NCBI GenBank assembly: GCA_976551045.1
Contig: CDPCPM010000363.1
Span: 2,170,001-2,234,000, forward strand
DNA length: 64,000 bases
DNA from: Glaucostegus cemiculus
Lineage: Eukaryota
Direction: 5' to 3'
Positions 12,420-25,045 of the stretch are shown here, in pieces. The first letter of the stretch is position 1, and the number at the start of each line of letters is the position of its first letter. The notes beneath the pieces are model-generated. The model ran no database searches. It was not told the DNA's origin and saw nothing but the letters and a program-made list of their open reading frames with translations. Position numbers and translations under genes: made by a program.

Positions 12420-14120
12420 TGGTGATTTGGACTTTCAGAATGCCAGGCAAAATTAGAATGATACACAGGGTTAGAGGTACAGCAGCATGGATTGGTGATC
12501 GGATAGGAGGAAAAATGGGGTCATTTTCAGGAAGGAAAGCTTGGTGAATGTGGGACCATATGTAATACATCCAAGTCTGTCAATGATACAAAGCTGGTCA
12601 GCAGTGTGGGTTGTGAGGAGGATGCAGAGGCTTACAGGGGGGATCTGGGTGGGCAAGGACATGACAGTGCCGACATGGCAGATTGAATATAATGTGGAAA
12701 AATACAAGGAAATGCACTTTGGTAATAAAAGTGAAAGGTGTAGAAGTCTTTTCAGGAAAAAAAAGGAAAAAGACTGAATGGTGTTGCTGTTCAGAGGACC
12801 CAAATTTCCCTGTAAATGAGTCACTGAAAGTCAATGTGCAAGTACAAGCAAACAAGAAGGTAAACCATATGTTGGAGAGACAAGAGACTGCAGATGCTGG
12901 AATCTGGAGCAATACACATACTGCTGGAAGAACTCAGCAAGTCGGGAATTATCTGTGGAGGGAAATGGATAGTCGATGTTTTGGATTGAGGGCCTTCATC
13001 TGGACTGAAAAATAGGGGGGAGACAGCCAGCAATAGGATTTGTGCATACAATGATAGGCTACATTCTGCATTTACATAGAGTCTTGGTAAGACAGATATA
13101 GGGGAAGGGGTGGATCAAGAGCTGGGAAGCTATAGGTGGATCTGGGTGAGGAGGGGTGATAGGCAGATGGAGAAGGGAAGAATGGAAATAGCGACAGAGG
13201 CTGGGAGATGTTAGGTGGATGCAACAAATGGCTCCAGATGATGGAATCTGATAGAAAAGAAAGGTGGAGCATAGAACCAAATAAAGGAGGTGGGGAGAGC
13301 AGATGGGAACAGGGGTAGGGTCACAGTGGGAGGAGTGTGTGGGTGATGGGCAGATAGAGTGGATGGAGGAGAAAGAAACAGGGTGATGGGACATGGGGTG
13401 GATGTTGGACGAAATGGGTAGATCAGGAGCAGAGGAAAAAGGGGACAGAGGGGGAGCAGGTTACCTGAAACTGGAGAACTCAATGTTCCTGCTGTCAGCT
13501 TAGGGTTGACCGTATGTTGGTCTTCATTGCAATAGGATTTGTGCATATGATGATAGGCTACATACTGCATTTATATAGAGTCTTGGTGAAACCACATCTG
13601 GAATACCATGTACGGGTCTGACATTCTCATTTGTCATGGAGAGCAAAGTGAGGGTTCACCAGACAGGTTCCTGGGATGGAAGGTTTGCCATGTGAGGAGA
13701 GATAAGGAGATGGGATCTGTAATCTCCAGTGTTTAGAAGAACGAGAGGTGATTTCACTGAAACATAAACTTCTTCATGGGTTGACAGGGTATACGTGGGC
13801 ATGATGTTTCCACTGGCTGATGCGTCCTCAACCATGGGTCACTGTCTTAAAACAGGGGCTTAGCCTTTCAGCACCACAAGGAAGAGAAACGTCTTCACCC
13901 AAAGGGTGGTAAATCTTTGGAATTCTCTACTGCAGAGGGTGGTGGAGTCTTTGTCCCGAGTATGTTTGAGATGAATGCTGATAGATTTTTAGTTATTAAA
14001 GGAATCAAAGAATATGCATTTAATGCAGGAAAGCTGTGCTGGGGTAAAAGATCATTCACAGTAATATTTAATGGCAGACCAGGAATGGGGGCCAAATGGC
14101 CTCTGCTGCTTCAATTACCC
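12420..14120 (+). mobile_element. CR1 LINE fragment interrupted by a Penelope-like insertion
   Basis: WQIEYNVEK..MHFG, LV.PHLEY and WNSL motifs; 3' tail near 14090-14120. Confidence 0.75.
12876..13508 (-). mobile_element. Penelope-like element 3' end with 12-bp TSD
   Basis: On the minus strand the ORF end NIEFSSFR* (~13460-13487) is followed by a pyrimidine-rich repeat and a CTGAGTTCTTCCAGCA..CCAGCATCTGCAGTCTC tail. TSD ACCATATGTTGG (12864-12875) / ACCGTATGTTGG (13509-13520). Confidence 0.75.
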
Positions 14121-14721
14121 ATGTTAATACACTCCTGTCTACAAGAAGTTTCCAAGCATTCAACAAACATCTGTACAACTGTGTTCACACTGGGACTAAT
14201 GGGTGTTTGCTGCACTCATTACCTTCAAGCTGCAGGCAGAGTTTTGAATCTTTAACTGACTGCTTTGCCATTTCATTTTGTTCTACACCTCATTCATTTT
14301 CAACAAGCCTTGAATGCCTGAAGGTTAAAAGGAGGAAAACTCTATCATGTGGAAATAGGATTTAAAATGTCCTCTACCCTTCCCATTCTTCAAGACAGAA
14401 AAGAACTTTAATCTACACCACATGTTCTCGACCCAGGTTTCTGACTGTGTTACACCAGTTCTAACATAGGCCACACCTAAGGTGTCTGCCTGATTTTACC
14501 TCCCAGGTGCTCACACACACTATGTATTTCAAGAGTTTTGTTTATTCTCTTCCAGTTCTGTTCTTCTCCTTTTGCGCCCCTCCCCGAAACCATGCTCCCA
14601 TTTTATTTGGGTGAGACTTCAAGTTGTGGCTTGTTCAAGCAGAAATGCCGTCCCGGAAGGTGATACAACCATGGCTTCTGGGATGTGACGCACAAGTCTG
14701 CTCACATTCACTGGGAGGCGG

Positions 14722-15305
14722 ATAGTGCAACTCATGTTGCAGCCGTATGAAACTTTGGTCTCCCCACATTTGGATTATTGTACTCAGTTCTGGTCACTGC
14801 ATTACAGGAAAGATGTGGAAGCTTTGGAAAGGTGCAGAGGAGGTTCACTGGGATGCTACCTGGATCAGAGAGCATTAGCTAGAAGGAGAGATTGGACAGA
14901 ATTGGATTTTTTTTCTCTGGAGTGTCAGAGGCTGGGGGACACCCGAGAAAATTATAAAGTTATGAGAGGCATAGATAGGGTAGATATTCAGAGTATCTTT
15001 CCCAGGGTAGAAATGTCAAACATTAGTGGGCATAGCTTTAAGGTGAGAGGGGGAAGATGTTTCACACAGAGACCGGTAGGTGCCTGGAATGCACTGCCAG
15101 GGGAGGTGGTGGAAGTAGATACAATAGCAACATTTAAAGAGGCATTTGGACAAGCACATGAACAGGCAGGGGAATTGGGGGGGGGGGGGGGGGGGTGGAA
15201 TATGGATCACATGCAGGCAGATGGGGATTAGTTTCACTTGGCATCATGCTCAGCACAGACATTGTGGGCCGAAGGTCCTGTTTCTGTGCTGTACAGTTCT
15301 ATGTT
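14722..15305 (+). mobile_element. CR1/HER1 LINE 3' fragment
   Basis: ORF 14725-15231 (LVSPHLDYCTQFWS, YKVMRGIDRV, WNALP) and tail. Confidence 0.9.
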
Positions 15306-15704
15306 CTACCTCCAAAGGACCAAGTCAGAAACAGACTGACTTCTTTCTGTTGCTCATGCTCCCAAGCTGTGTTCTGGGAGTGGCCTCTGTGCCACTTCAA
15401 AGGTTGGGAACTCCTGATCCATACAAATGGAATATGCTGTCAGGAACTCTGCCCTTGTGGCAGTCTGCTCCAGAGAAAAGAAAGACAATAGGAAATGGGA
15501 TCTGATAGATGCCAGGAGGCAGGAGAGTTCTGTGTGACCCTGGAAGGGCAGATGGTTTGCTGGGAAGAGATCTCCATGATAAAGGAGCAGGAGCTCCAAG
15601 GGCCTGTGTATTGTGGTGTTTGGGACTGATCCTGTGAGGATGCGGAAATTTGTTTCTTCCTATTCAATTCCAAACCTGTTTATTTCATATATATTTCCTT
15701 GCAA

Positions 15705-15978
15705 CGTAGGAGGCTATTCAGTCCATTGAGTCTATGCCATTCCATTCTCCCAACATTCCCATCAATGGTCCCCCAGATTCTACCACTCACCTACAGACCA
15801 GGGGCCAATTTACTTACCAACCCACACATCTTTGGAATGTGGGAGGAAACCGGAGCACCCAAAGGAAACCCACACTGTGTCAGGGAGAACATGCAAACTC
15901 CACACAGACAGCAGCCGAGGTCAGCATTGAACCCGGGTCCCTGTGGCTGTGAGGCAGCAGATCTGCTGCGCCACTGTG
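15705..15978 (-). mobile_element. HE1-type V-SINE
   Basis: Well-preserved V-domain (plus strand TTTGGAATGTGGGAGGAAACCGGAGCACCC) and head. Confidence 0.85.
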
Positions 15979-16729
15979 AATTCCTAGGGCTCATTCTCAG
16001 ACAAGTGTGGGACGTGGAGGTGGGAAACTGCGCAGGCAACATTTGGAAGGATAACTGTAAAACTTGTTGCCCTGTCTCACTTTTCTTTATTCAGAACAAC
16101 TAAGGATCTTTCAAAAACAGCACCTAACCCTTAAACACCAACTCTGGACATTTCAATGAAGATGGACCAGAGGGTTTCTGGTCAATGAAGCTTGAATTAG
16201 AATAAAACAATGTGTGGCTTTAACATCTTAATGCACTTCAACTGAAGTGATAGAAAGAGAGAACAGGGGAAGGGATGGAGAGCTTGGGAAAAGTAGGTTC
16301 ACTACAGGGCAGAAGGAAAAGGGGGAAGGGGAGGTGGACACCTGCTCAGGAAGACAGTGGAACTTAAAAGACCAGTTAACAGGGATTATCAGGCCTTAGT
16401 GGGGATGGATTTGAAAGCATTGGAGGTTGTTTCAATGGAAGTATGGAGATGGTGGGAGAAGATGGGTGCAGAGATTGCAAGCAGTTCCAGGATGGGTAAG
16501 AAATAGGGGCCTTTGCAAAGGGTTAAAGAGAAGAGGAAACAGAGGTTTTATGATGATTGCCTAAATTTAACTTCAGGCAGGGCCAGATGCTGCAGGTCAG
16601 CACTACCAGAAATGGGTGTGTGCAGAATGTCAACCACAAACACTTTGGGTGGGGGGGATGGTGGCAGACAGGGATAAACTAACAGCAAGGGTGCAAGGAG
16701 GCAGATTAGGAAAACTCATTTCTAATGAC

Positions 16730-17050
16730 ACAGAGGGAGACCATTCAGCCCATCAAGTCCATCCCTGCTCTCAGAGCAATCTCATCAATCCTACCTGTCT
16801 CCATTACCCATTCTCTCCCATGTGCCCATCAACTCCCCCTTGATTCTCCAACCATCCACCTGTATTCAGAACAATTTACAGCGGCCAATAAGCTACAACT
16901 AGCACGTCTTTGGAGAAAACCAGAGTGCCCGGGGCCAACCCACACAGTTACGGGGAGAACATACAAACTCCACACAGACAGCACCTGAGGCAGGAGCTGA
17001 AGCTGGTCTCTGGACAGCAAGGTGCTGTCCACCTGCAATGTCACTGTGCT
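16730..17050 (-). mobile_element. HE1-type V-SINE
   Basis: Same V-domain and head, more diverged. Confidence 0.7.
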
Positions 17051-18699
17051 GTCCTTTTTCAGCAACCAGTTGCTGGAACAAGGAAATTTACAGCATGGTT
17101 AAGGCAGAAACTAACGCAAAGGAAAGGAGTCCAGATGATTGAAGGAGGACCCCTGAAGAGAGAGGAACAGTGGGACTAGTTTAACAGGGTGAGGGGGGTT
17201 GGGAGGGAAGCAGAAATTGTCAGAACACAAACAGCAGCAGGAGTAGGCCACCAGGTCCCCCAAGCCTGCTCCACCATTCAATATGATCCAGGCCTCAACT
17301 CCTCTTCTGTGCCAGTTTCTAACAGCCCTCAATTCTCCAATCTTTCAAACATTTATTTTCCTCCACCTTAAATCCTTCTACTGATCCAGCCTCCACACCC
17401 TCTGAGGTAAAGAATTCCAGAGATTCACCACCCTCTGCAAGAAGAAATTATAAGGCAATCCCATTTTAAGTTATCAGTCCTTTATCTTGTAACTACGACC
17501 TTTTGTTTGAGGAGGATTCATGTAGGGCTCTGAAGAGAGCACAGGACAGTAGGAGCAGGTTAGGTTTAGTACAGGGCTCTGGGGAACAGTGGGTGAATGA
17601 GGCTGGTCTTAAACATTCTCACAGAGAACTGGCAGTGCCCAATGAACACCTCCAGTGTGGTAAAGCCGTGATGGAGTGACCTGCTTATTCTTTGGAAATG
17701 GAGGGCTCTTTACTCCCCGCAAACAGCGCAAAGGGAACTCGGGCTAACACACTGAATGAAGAGATGGCTAGCCAACTCCAAGGCTGGACAAGGTAAAACA
17801 AGACAAATACTATAAATTAAAACATTAACCACAAGCTTTTTCCTATTCAACACCTTTCAAGAATTTCACTAAACTTCATTTTAAGCTGGAGTTAAGGAAT
17901 GAATTCACTCCACAAAATAGATCATTTGTAATGCACTAGCTTTGGCATAAAGAAGATTTTGTTTTCTTAAGAGAAGGTGTGGAACAAGTCGACTCAGAGA
18001 AAAAACACTGGAGGTGTTTCAGAATCAGTTGGCAACCCTGCTATAATTATTCAATGAGAGCTCTGTAATGAGGAAATCCGCCTCCCTACTTTCGATTTGT
18101 CGGGTGATATTCCAGCTGCTGTGATAAACTAAATACCAAATATAAACTTCAAGGTTTGTTTTCTTACGCCAACAATGTCCCCAGTCTCTGGGACAGAGTG
18201 ATCTGAATTATTAGCTCAAAAGGGAGGATTGTACTCTGTAGCCTTAGCCTGAGACAAGTTATTTTCTGTTCCTTTTCCCCCTTCCCCCATCCATTAGGAT
18301 CCCACTCCCCTTATCCTACAGTGCACACCACTCCTCAGTCAGAGGAGGCAGTATGCTAGCCATCTGCAAAGCCTCTGCTAATCTCCAAAGTGTGTTGTGT
18401 GCCAGAGGCTGTGGGAAATTGGTTGGATTCTCTCTCTCTCCCCATTTAACACACTCACCAGCTCACAAAATAAGCTGGTCAAACCTTTCAAAAGCTCCCC
18501 TCACAAACACTCATGTCTTATGTACCAAGGTCTGCTTCTGTATTAACCAGAGGTAAATGCACATGTCCAGGCAAGATTGGAGACTTTAGTACGTGACCAA
18601 TCCTGGCTGCAAACCAACTACTGCCTGGAGCTCCCCAGCACACTGCCAGTGTTCTACCTTGCTTCCATTACCTAATCAAACCAGATGAAGCCCCAGCAA

Positions 18700-18960
18700 T
18701 GGGATTTGCCAAACATCTTATCTTATTTCTGGGCACTTTGCAACCTTCCTAGAATGAACATTGAATGCTCCAACTTCAGGTAAACTGCTCTTTCATCATT
18801 TCCCATTATCGTGCTGATGTCCATTTCTCATCTCCTTTCTATAAAATGCCTCACTAATGGTCAATACTCATGCTCCATATCACCTAATTTGTCTGAACAA
18901 ATCTCCATCTCATCTTTAATTTCACTCTCATCTGCTTTGTAAACTGTAGCTCCTCCAGTT
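18700..18960 (+). mobile_element. Penelope-like ORF C-terminus remnant
   Basis: KHLILFLGTLQP..MNIECSNFR* resembles the C-terminal end of Penelope GIY-YIG ORFs; followed by pyrimidine-rich sequence. Confidence 0.55.
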
Positions 18961-18967
18961 CTTCCCC

Positions 18968-19590
18968 AGTATACAGTTAATGGCAAGACCCTTAACAGCA
19001 TTGATGTACAGAGGGACCTTGGGGTCCAAGTCTATACCTCCCTGAAAATGGCCATAGGATGACAAAGAAGGCGAATGGCATGTATGCCTTCATTGATTGG
19101 GGCATTGAGTAGAAGAGTAAGGAAGTCATGTTGTAGCTGTATAAAACTTTGGTTAGGCCACATTTGGGAGTATTGTGTGCAATTTTGCTTGTCCCATTAC
19201 AGGAAGAATGTGGAAGCTTTGGAGCAACAGACAAAATTCCGGAGGAACTCAGCAGGTCAGGCAGCATCTATGGAGGGAAATGGACACTTGATGTTTCAGG
19301 TCTTGATCAGAAGCTTTGCAAAGGTACAGAAGAGGATTACCAGGATGCTGCCCGGATTAGAGGGAGGTGTGCAGGGCAAGTTTTTTTCCTTTACACAGAG
19401 CGGTATGTGCCTGGAGCCAAGGGTACTAGTGGAAGCTGATACCAAAGTGGCAGTTAAGAGGTTTTTTAGATAGACACACGAGTATGCAGGGAATGGAGGG
19501 ATATGGATCACATGCAGGCAGAATAGATTAGTTTAATTCAGCATTGTGTTCGGCACAGACATTGTGGGCTGAAGCTGTTCTTTGTTCTGA
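18968..19590 (+). mobile_element. CR1 3' fragment with nested Penelope-like piece (19222-19309)
   Basis: LVRPHL.YCVQF motif and CR1 tail; nested piece flanked by a GAAGCTTTG direct repeat (19213-19221, 19310-19318). Confidence 0.8.
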
Positions 19591-20224
19591 GGAAAGTCCC
19601 TGACCCTAGGTCTTAAGCAGTTTCTCTTTCCACAGGTGCTATTTGACCGGCTGAGATCCTTCAGCATTTTGTTTTTGTGTCAGATATCAAACACCTTCCA
19701 TTTCTACGCATTTCCTTGTGCTGCGGTGACAGCATGCAGTTGAAGAACAGGATGCAGCATATACCTGACATCTGTAGGTGGAAACCCCTCTTGCCGAGAT
19801 CAGCCTTCTAACACAGGCTGTGGCCTACAGTCCTCATGCCAAGCTTTATAACACTGGCTTCACATGCAGAAAAATCAGGAAAAAAACTGCTCGGGAATTG
19901 CAGGTTTGGAAGAGGGAGCTGACTTCTTACATCAGGGAGCATCGTCAAAATATTAAAAGGCTAAACAAAGTCACGTTGCACCCACACAAAGACTGCCTGA
20001 GCAATGACTAAATCTTGGTTCCTCCCACATCCTAAAGATGTGCAGCTTGGTAGGTTGATTGGTCACTATAAATTGGTCCTCACTGTAGGGGAGTTGTAGA
20101 ATCTAGACAAGTTGTTAGGAATGGAGGGAGAATAAGTCACAGGGAGGTAATGTGAGAATGGGATTGTTCTGTGAGTGAGCAATGACTCACTGAATGGCCC
20201 CCCATGTTGCAAGGGAATATGAAA

Positions 20225-20420
20225 ACTGTTCCTTCAATGGAGAGCCTTTTAATCCAAACACCTACTGACTTTCAGGCAGGTGTGAGAGGTTCCATGGTTT
20301 ATTGAAAGAGCAGGAGAGCTATCCTTTGTGCACGACCCGAGAATTACTGTCCAATCAACCTCACACCAGAATCCTTCACCTGGTCATCATCATAGTGCTG
20401 TTTGAGGATGCTTACTGAAA
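20225..20420 (+). mobile_element. Deu-domain SINE (SacSINE1/AmnSINE1-like) fragment
   Basis: GAAAGAGCAGGAGAGCTATCC..CTGGTCATCATCATAGTGCTGTTTG resembles the Deu core; cut by a Penelope-like hairpin at ~20425-20575. Confidence 0.55.
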
Positions 20421-20949
20421 GTTAAACAGTAAAACAACCACAGATGCTGAAAAGTCTTAAATAAAAACAGAAAATGCTGGAAACACTCATGAGTTCAGGC
20501 AGCATCTATGGAGGGAGGGAATGAGTCTTTGCTCAGATGACCTGTTGTGCATTCTCAGCATTTTCCAGTTTTACCACAGACTTCTGGCTCAGCCTCCACT
20601 CCATTTGGTATAGAGCACTTCACCACAACCTGCAGCTCCAAAAAGCTCTTTGAGCTTACAAACCTTTCTTTACAGAATGCAAATGCATGGTCAGCCCACA
20701 TTGCATCAGCAGACTGAGCTGTGGACCAGGACCATTAATAGACTGCACACCTCACAAATAACTCCTGGTTTCTCTTAGCACTGGTGTTGATAAACAATAG
20801 TCTGCCATTGGCACTAGACTCCTTGAGCTGACTGGTGCATCCCCTATCTTTACTCTGAAGTGTCCTCTTATGTCATTAGAGGATAAGACACTACAGCATT
20901 AACCCTGAATGTACACCACACCCACAGGCTTCTTGCTTGATACAAAAAC

Positions 20950-21245
20950 ACTGCATAGTGCAGTGGTTAAGTTACTAGTCTAGTAATTGAGACTAACAAT
21001 CTAGAGACCCAGGTTCAAATCCCTCCACGTCTGCTGGACAATTTAAATTCCGTTAATAATCTGGTTATTAACAATAAACAGTTGGTATTAGTAACCATGG
21101 ATTGTTGCAAAACCTAACAGGTTCAAGGGAGGGCAGGAAGTCTACCATCCCTACCAAACTCATGACCCAGCTCTGAAATGGCTGAGCAAGCCATTCCATT
21201 CAAAGGTAATTAGGGATGGCCAATAAATACTGGTCCAGTCGCCAA
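20950..21245 (+). mobile_element. tRNA-derived SINE with L2/CR1-clade tail
   Basis: A box (TAGTGCAGTGG), B box (GGTTCAAATCC), tail AATTAGGGATGGCCAATAAATACTGG shared with the LINE ends at ~24200-24260 and ~59100-59165. Confidence 0.65.
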
Positions 21246-22200
21246 TGGCCAGATTCTGCTCTAACTCCATCTACAAGCTTGCAGATGATAGCACCTTTGT
21301 AGGTCATATCTCAAACAGAGATAAGTCAGAGTACAGGAAGGAGATAGAGAGCTTAGTGGAATGGTGTCATGACAATAACCTTTCCTTCAATGTCAACAAA
21401 AGAGCTGGTCATTGACTTTAGGAAAGGGGGGGGTGTACATGCATCTGTTTACATCAATGGTGCTGAGGTCGAGAGGGTTAAGAGCTTCAAGTTCCAGGAA
21501 GTGAATATCACCAACAGCCTGTCCAGGTCAAATCACGCAGATGCCACGGCCAAGAAAGCTCACCAGCACTTCTACTTCCTCAGGAGACTAAAGAAATTTG
21601 GGTTGTCCCTTTTGACTCTCACCAACTTTTACCAATACACCACAGAAAGCATCCTAGCTGGATGTATCATGGCTTGGTACGGCAACTGCTCTGCCCAGGA
21701 CCGCAAGAAACTGCAGAGTGTTGTGGACACAGCCCAGCACATCACGGACACCAGCCTCCCCTCTTTGGACACTGTATTTACCTCTCATTGTCTTGGTGAA
21801 GCAGCCAGCATAATCAAAGACCCCACTCATCCGGGACATTCTCTCTTTTCTCCTCTTCCATCAGGTAGAAGATACAGGTGCCTGAGGGCACATACCACCA
21901 GGCTTAAGGACAGGTTCTACCCCACTGTGATAAGACTACTGAACGGTTTCTTTATACAATGAGATGGACTATGACCTCACAATCTACCTTGTTGTGACCT
22001 TGCACCTCACTGCACTTTCTCTGTAGCTGTGACACTTTACACTGTACTGTTATTGTTTTTATTTGTACTACATCAATGCACTTTATACTAACTCAAAAGT
22101 AACTGCACTGTGCAATGAATTGACCTGTATGATCGGTTTGTAAGACAAGCTTTTCACTGTACCTCAGTGCAAGTGACAATAATAAACTAATACTAATACC
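21246..22200 (+). mobile_element. Rex1/Babar LINE, 5'-truncated
   Basis: KLADD, TKELVIDFRK, KKAHQ..YFLRRLKKF, LPSGRRYR.L...TTRLKD.FYP; 3' UTR ending CACTGTACCTC..GTGACAATAATAAAC. Confidence 0.92.
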
Positions 22201-23849
22201 AAGTGAACTAATTAAGAGAGGATGGTTCAACGCCATTCACTCAGTCCAGGATTCCGGCAAAGCAACAGTGGAAAGGATGGACATGGTCATGAAGGAGACC
22301 TACTGGGAGCCACCCAGCCCCACCAGGGGATTATCTGGTTTGGCCAGAAGAGCAGATTTTAGGAAACAAACCTCAGTCATGAAACAAATGATTGTCCTGT
22401 TTGGGGAGACTGAAGACAGCCTGGAGCCAAGGCTCAAGAGCAGGCACCCGTAATGAGGTTTGCAACCAACAGAAGGGGGAAGGAGGGGTCAGCTAGCCCA
22501 AGTGTGGGGTGGGGGTGGAACTGGTGGGTCTGCAACAAGTGAGTGGCTTGTTGGGAGTGAGCCACGTTGGTGTGGAGTTGGAGTCACCCACAGGCTGGAG
22601 TAGTCAGACAGGAATACAGCAACATATAGTCAATCCCAATTATCTGGTGGCAGTCTATCCGGTTTGCCATCCGAACCACCCATGACACACATCGTTTTCC
22701 CTGGATCTGACCTTCTGTTTACCTGTGCCGAAGGGAGGAGGGGAGTCATTCTCCTGGCCCCAGCCCCAGCCAAGTGGTCAACCCCTGGGGAAGAGAGTGG
22801 GGTGGATGACGATGAGAGGAGGACATAATCACTCTCCCAGCTCTGGTGTTGCTTGGGCAATCCTGGGGCAGGAGCTTTGGGGTGAGTGGTCATTCTCTTC
22901 CCTGAGCCCCAGAGATAGAAGGCCACTCTCTCCACTGGAGCCCTGTGTGGGTGACACCTCTCCTGTCTGCAGCCTCAGGAGGGTGATCTCTCTCCAGATG
23001 GACCCCTGGACCAGAGGAAATTTTAATGGCTGGTCAGTTCCAATCAGTTAAAGGCAGCTCCATGTTCATGAAATGTGCTCATTACAACTTTGGACTTTTG
23101 CAACAATAAAGTGTTTTCCCTGTGTTTCCTCCATCAGCCCCCCCCCCCCCCCCCCCCCCCCCAAGTAGAAGGACATAGGAAAGGTAAGGAAATCTTAAAC
23201 CAGCAGCTAAACTTAAACCTCCAGGAAAAAAGCACAAACTCTCTCCGTTCCACATACTGAGCAGTCCTTGCAGTTAGAGGGCTCAAAGTTACCAGAAGCT
23301 GCTAGAACGATTGGGAAGAAATAATACGATGCTTTTAGTAGTTACTGGGTCCACCCAACACCACACTGAATGGTGGCACTGTACACAGTCCCAGCCCAGG
23401 CATCCACTGGGAACCAGGAGACCAACAACGCGGTCTGACCGACCCTCAGTGAAGTGTTCAGAAATGACAGGGCCCAGAGGCTTGGTTTTTCCTGTTACAC
23501 TGCAGCCAAATTCCACTAGCCTGGGCAACAAAACACACACTATGTTTTCTACACAAAGGTCTGGACTGTATTTCAAAGCAAAGGCCAGTTTGGCTTGAAT
23601 GTACCTTTGAGCACAGAACAGCTCTGTGAAGACTCTGAGTTAGCTAGTGCATCTGATGAGAGAAGTGAACGAGACAGAAATAAGCAAGGGAGTGGCCCAT
23701 CCTGTTACTTGCCCGTCCTCCTTGTGGTTACACAATGAATAGAACATTTTTCTGGAGCCAGCAGAGGAAAAGACAACATTGTAGGTCAAAGTGTTTTAAG
23801 AAAATGACTGATGGATAGAGTAAACATCTGGCAGGTGATCACCCAGGCC

Positions 23850-24263
23850 TTCGATTGGATTCCATTCACTCACTCCTCCACCAACACACAGCAGCAGTAA
23901 TTTGTACCATCTACAGGATACACTGCAGCAACTCACTATGAATCCTTAAACAGCACCTTCTAAACCCATCACCTCCACTCAATAGAAGGACAAGGACAGC
24001 AAAAGCATGGGAACACCATCATTTAGAATTTGCCCTCCGAGCCACATACCGCCCTGACTTGGAAATATCTCACCATTCCTTCACCATCGCCAGGTCAAAA
24101 TCCTGGAACTCCCTCCCTAACAGCATTGTGGATATGCCAAATCCTCAAGGACTGCAGCGGTTCAAGAAGGCAACTCACCACCACCTTCTCAAGGACAATT
24201 TGGAATGGGCAATTAAATGCTGGCTCAGCCTTTGAATCCCACGTCACTTGAATGAATATAAAA
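23850..24263 (+). mobile_element. L2/CR1-clade LINE 3' end
   Basis: SFTIARSKSWNSLPNSIV..LQRFKKATHHHLLK, then GGGCAATTAAATGCTGG..TGAATGAAT tail. Confidence 0.7.
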
Positions 24264-24589
24264 CACAACTCAGGCTCATCCTAAGCTGAGCTTTCCTTGA
24301 CAAGGGTAAGTAAGCCATAAATAGTAGGAGATTAAAGGGAGCAACAGGAAACTGTGCAGTGGATGGATGACCAAGCAACAAATGGCTATCAATAGGATGC
24401 TGGGCTCAACATGTGAGGGGAATGCCTCTCCCCGGATACACTGGAGGTCCAGGCTTGGTTCTTGATTTTTGGAGGATGGGGGTGGGGGGGTGGTGTTAGT
24501 GAGAAAGCTAACCCTACCCTTGGATTACAAAAGAAACAGGTTATGAATCAGCCACTTAACCAGCAAGAGAAAGACATGCACTAGGAAAG

Positions 24590-25045
24590 GATAGATCTAA
24601 TGAAAGGGGTTGCAGTGTCCACCGCTGTTTAGGGAGGGACAATGATGCTGCACAGTCCTTCTGCCATTTGCGTGTAACCTCCACCTTCTCCCCTTGGAGA
24701 AAATGGAGGCTTCTCGGTGCCTTCCGGGGGCACCTTCTCCACCTTGAGTAGTCACAGGCCGAGGATTTCCATGAGTCAATGAGGACATGAGCTTATCTCC
24801 AAGGACACCAGGAAGGAATCCTTGAAGCATTTCCTGGAAAGCTCAGAGCGGCCATGTGGACCCACCCACCAGAACTGGTTGAGCGTGACCAGAGCACCAC
24901 TGGAGATGTTGCGCTGGGACAGGATGCCGACACTGGCTCAACTATCCTATCGATGGATTTGGAGTATTTTCCAAGACAGTGTTCATTGTGCTTCTGCAGT
25001 GCTGTGTGATGCTGATTGTATGCAGTCCTGGTGTCTGAAGTGCAG
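24590..25045 (-). mobile_element. Very decayed RTE-like LINE fragment
   Basis: Minus-strand KILQIH..D...VG.LSQ.NI motif, similar to the RTE at 61.7-62.6 kb. Confidence 0.4.

Noticed and set aside
21369-21962. 197-aa ORF as a host or domesticated gene
   Set aside because: It is the C-terminal part of a truncated Rex1 RT, with close copies elsewhere in the window.
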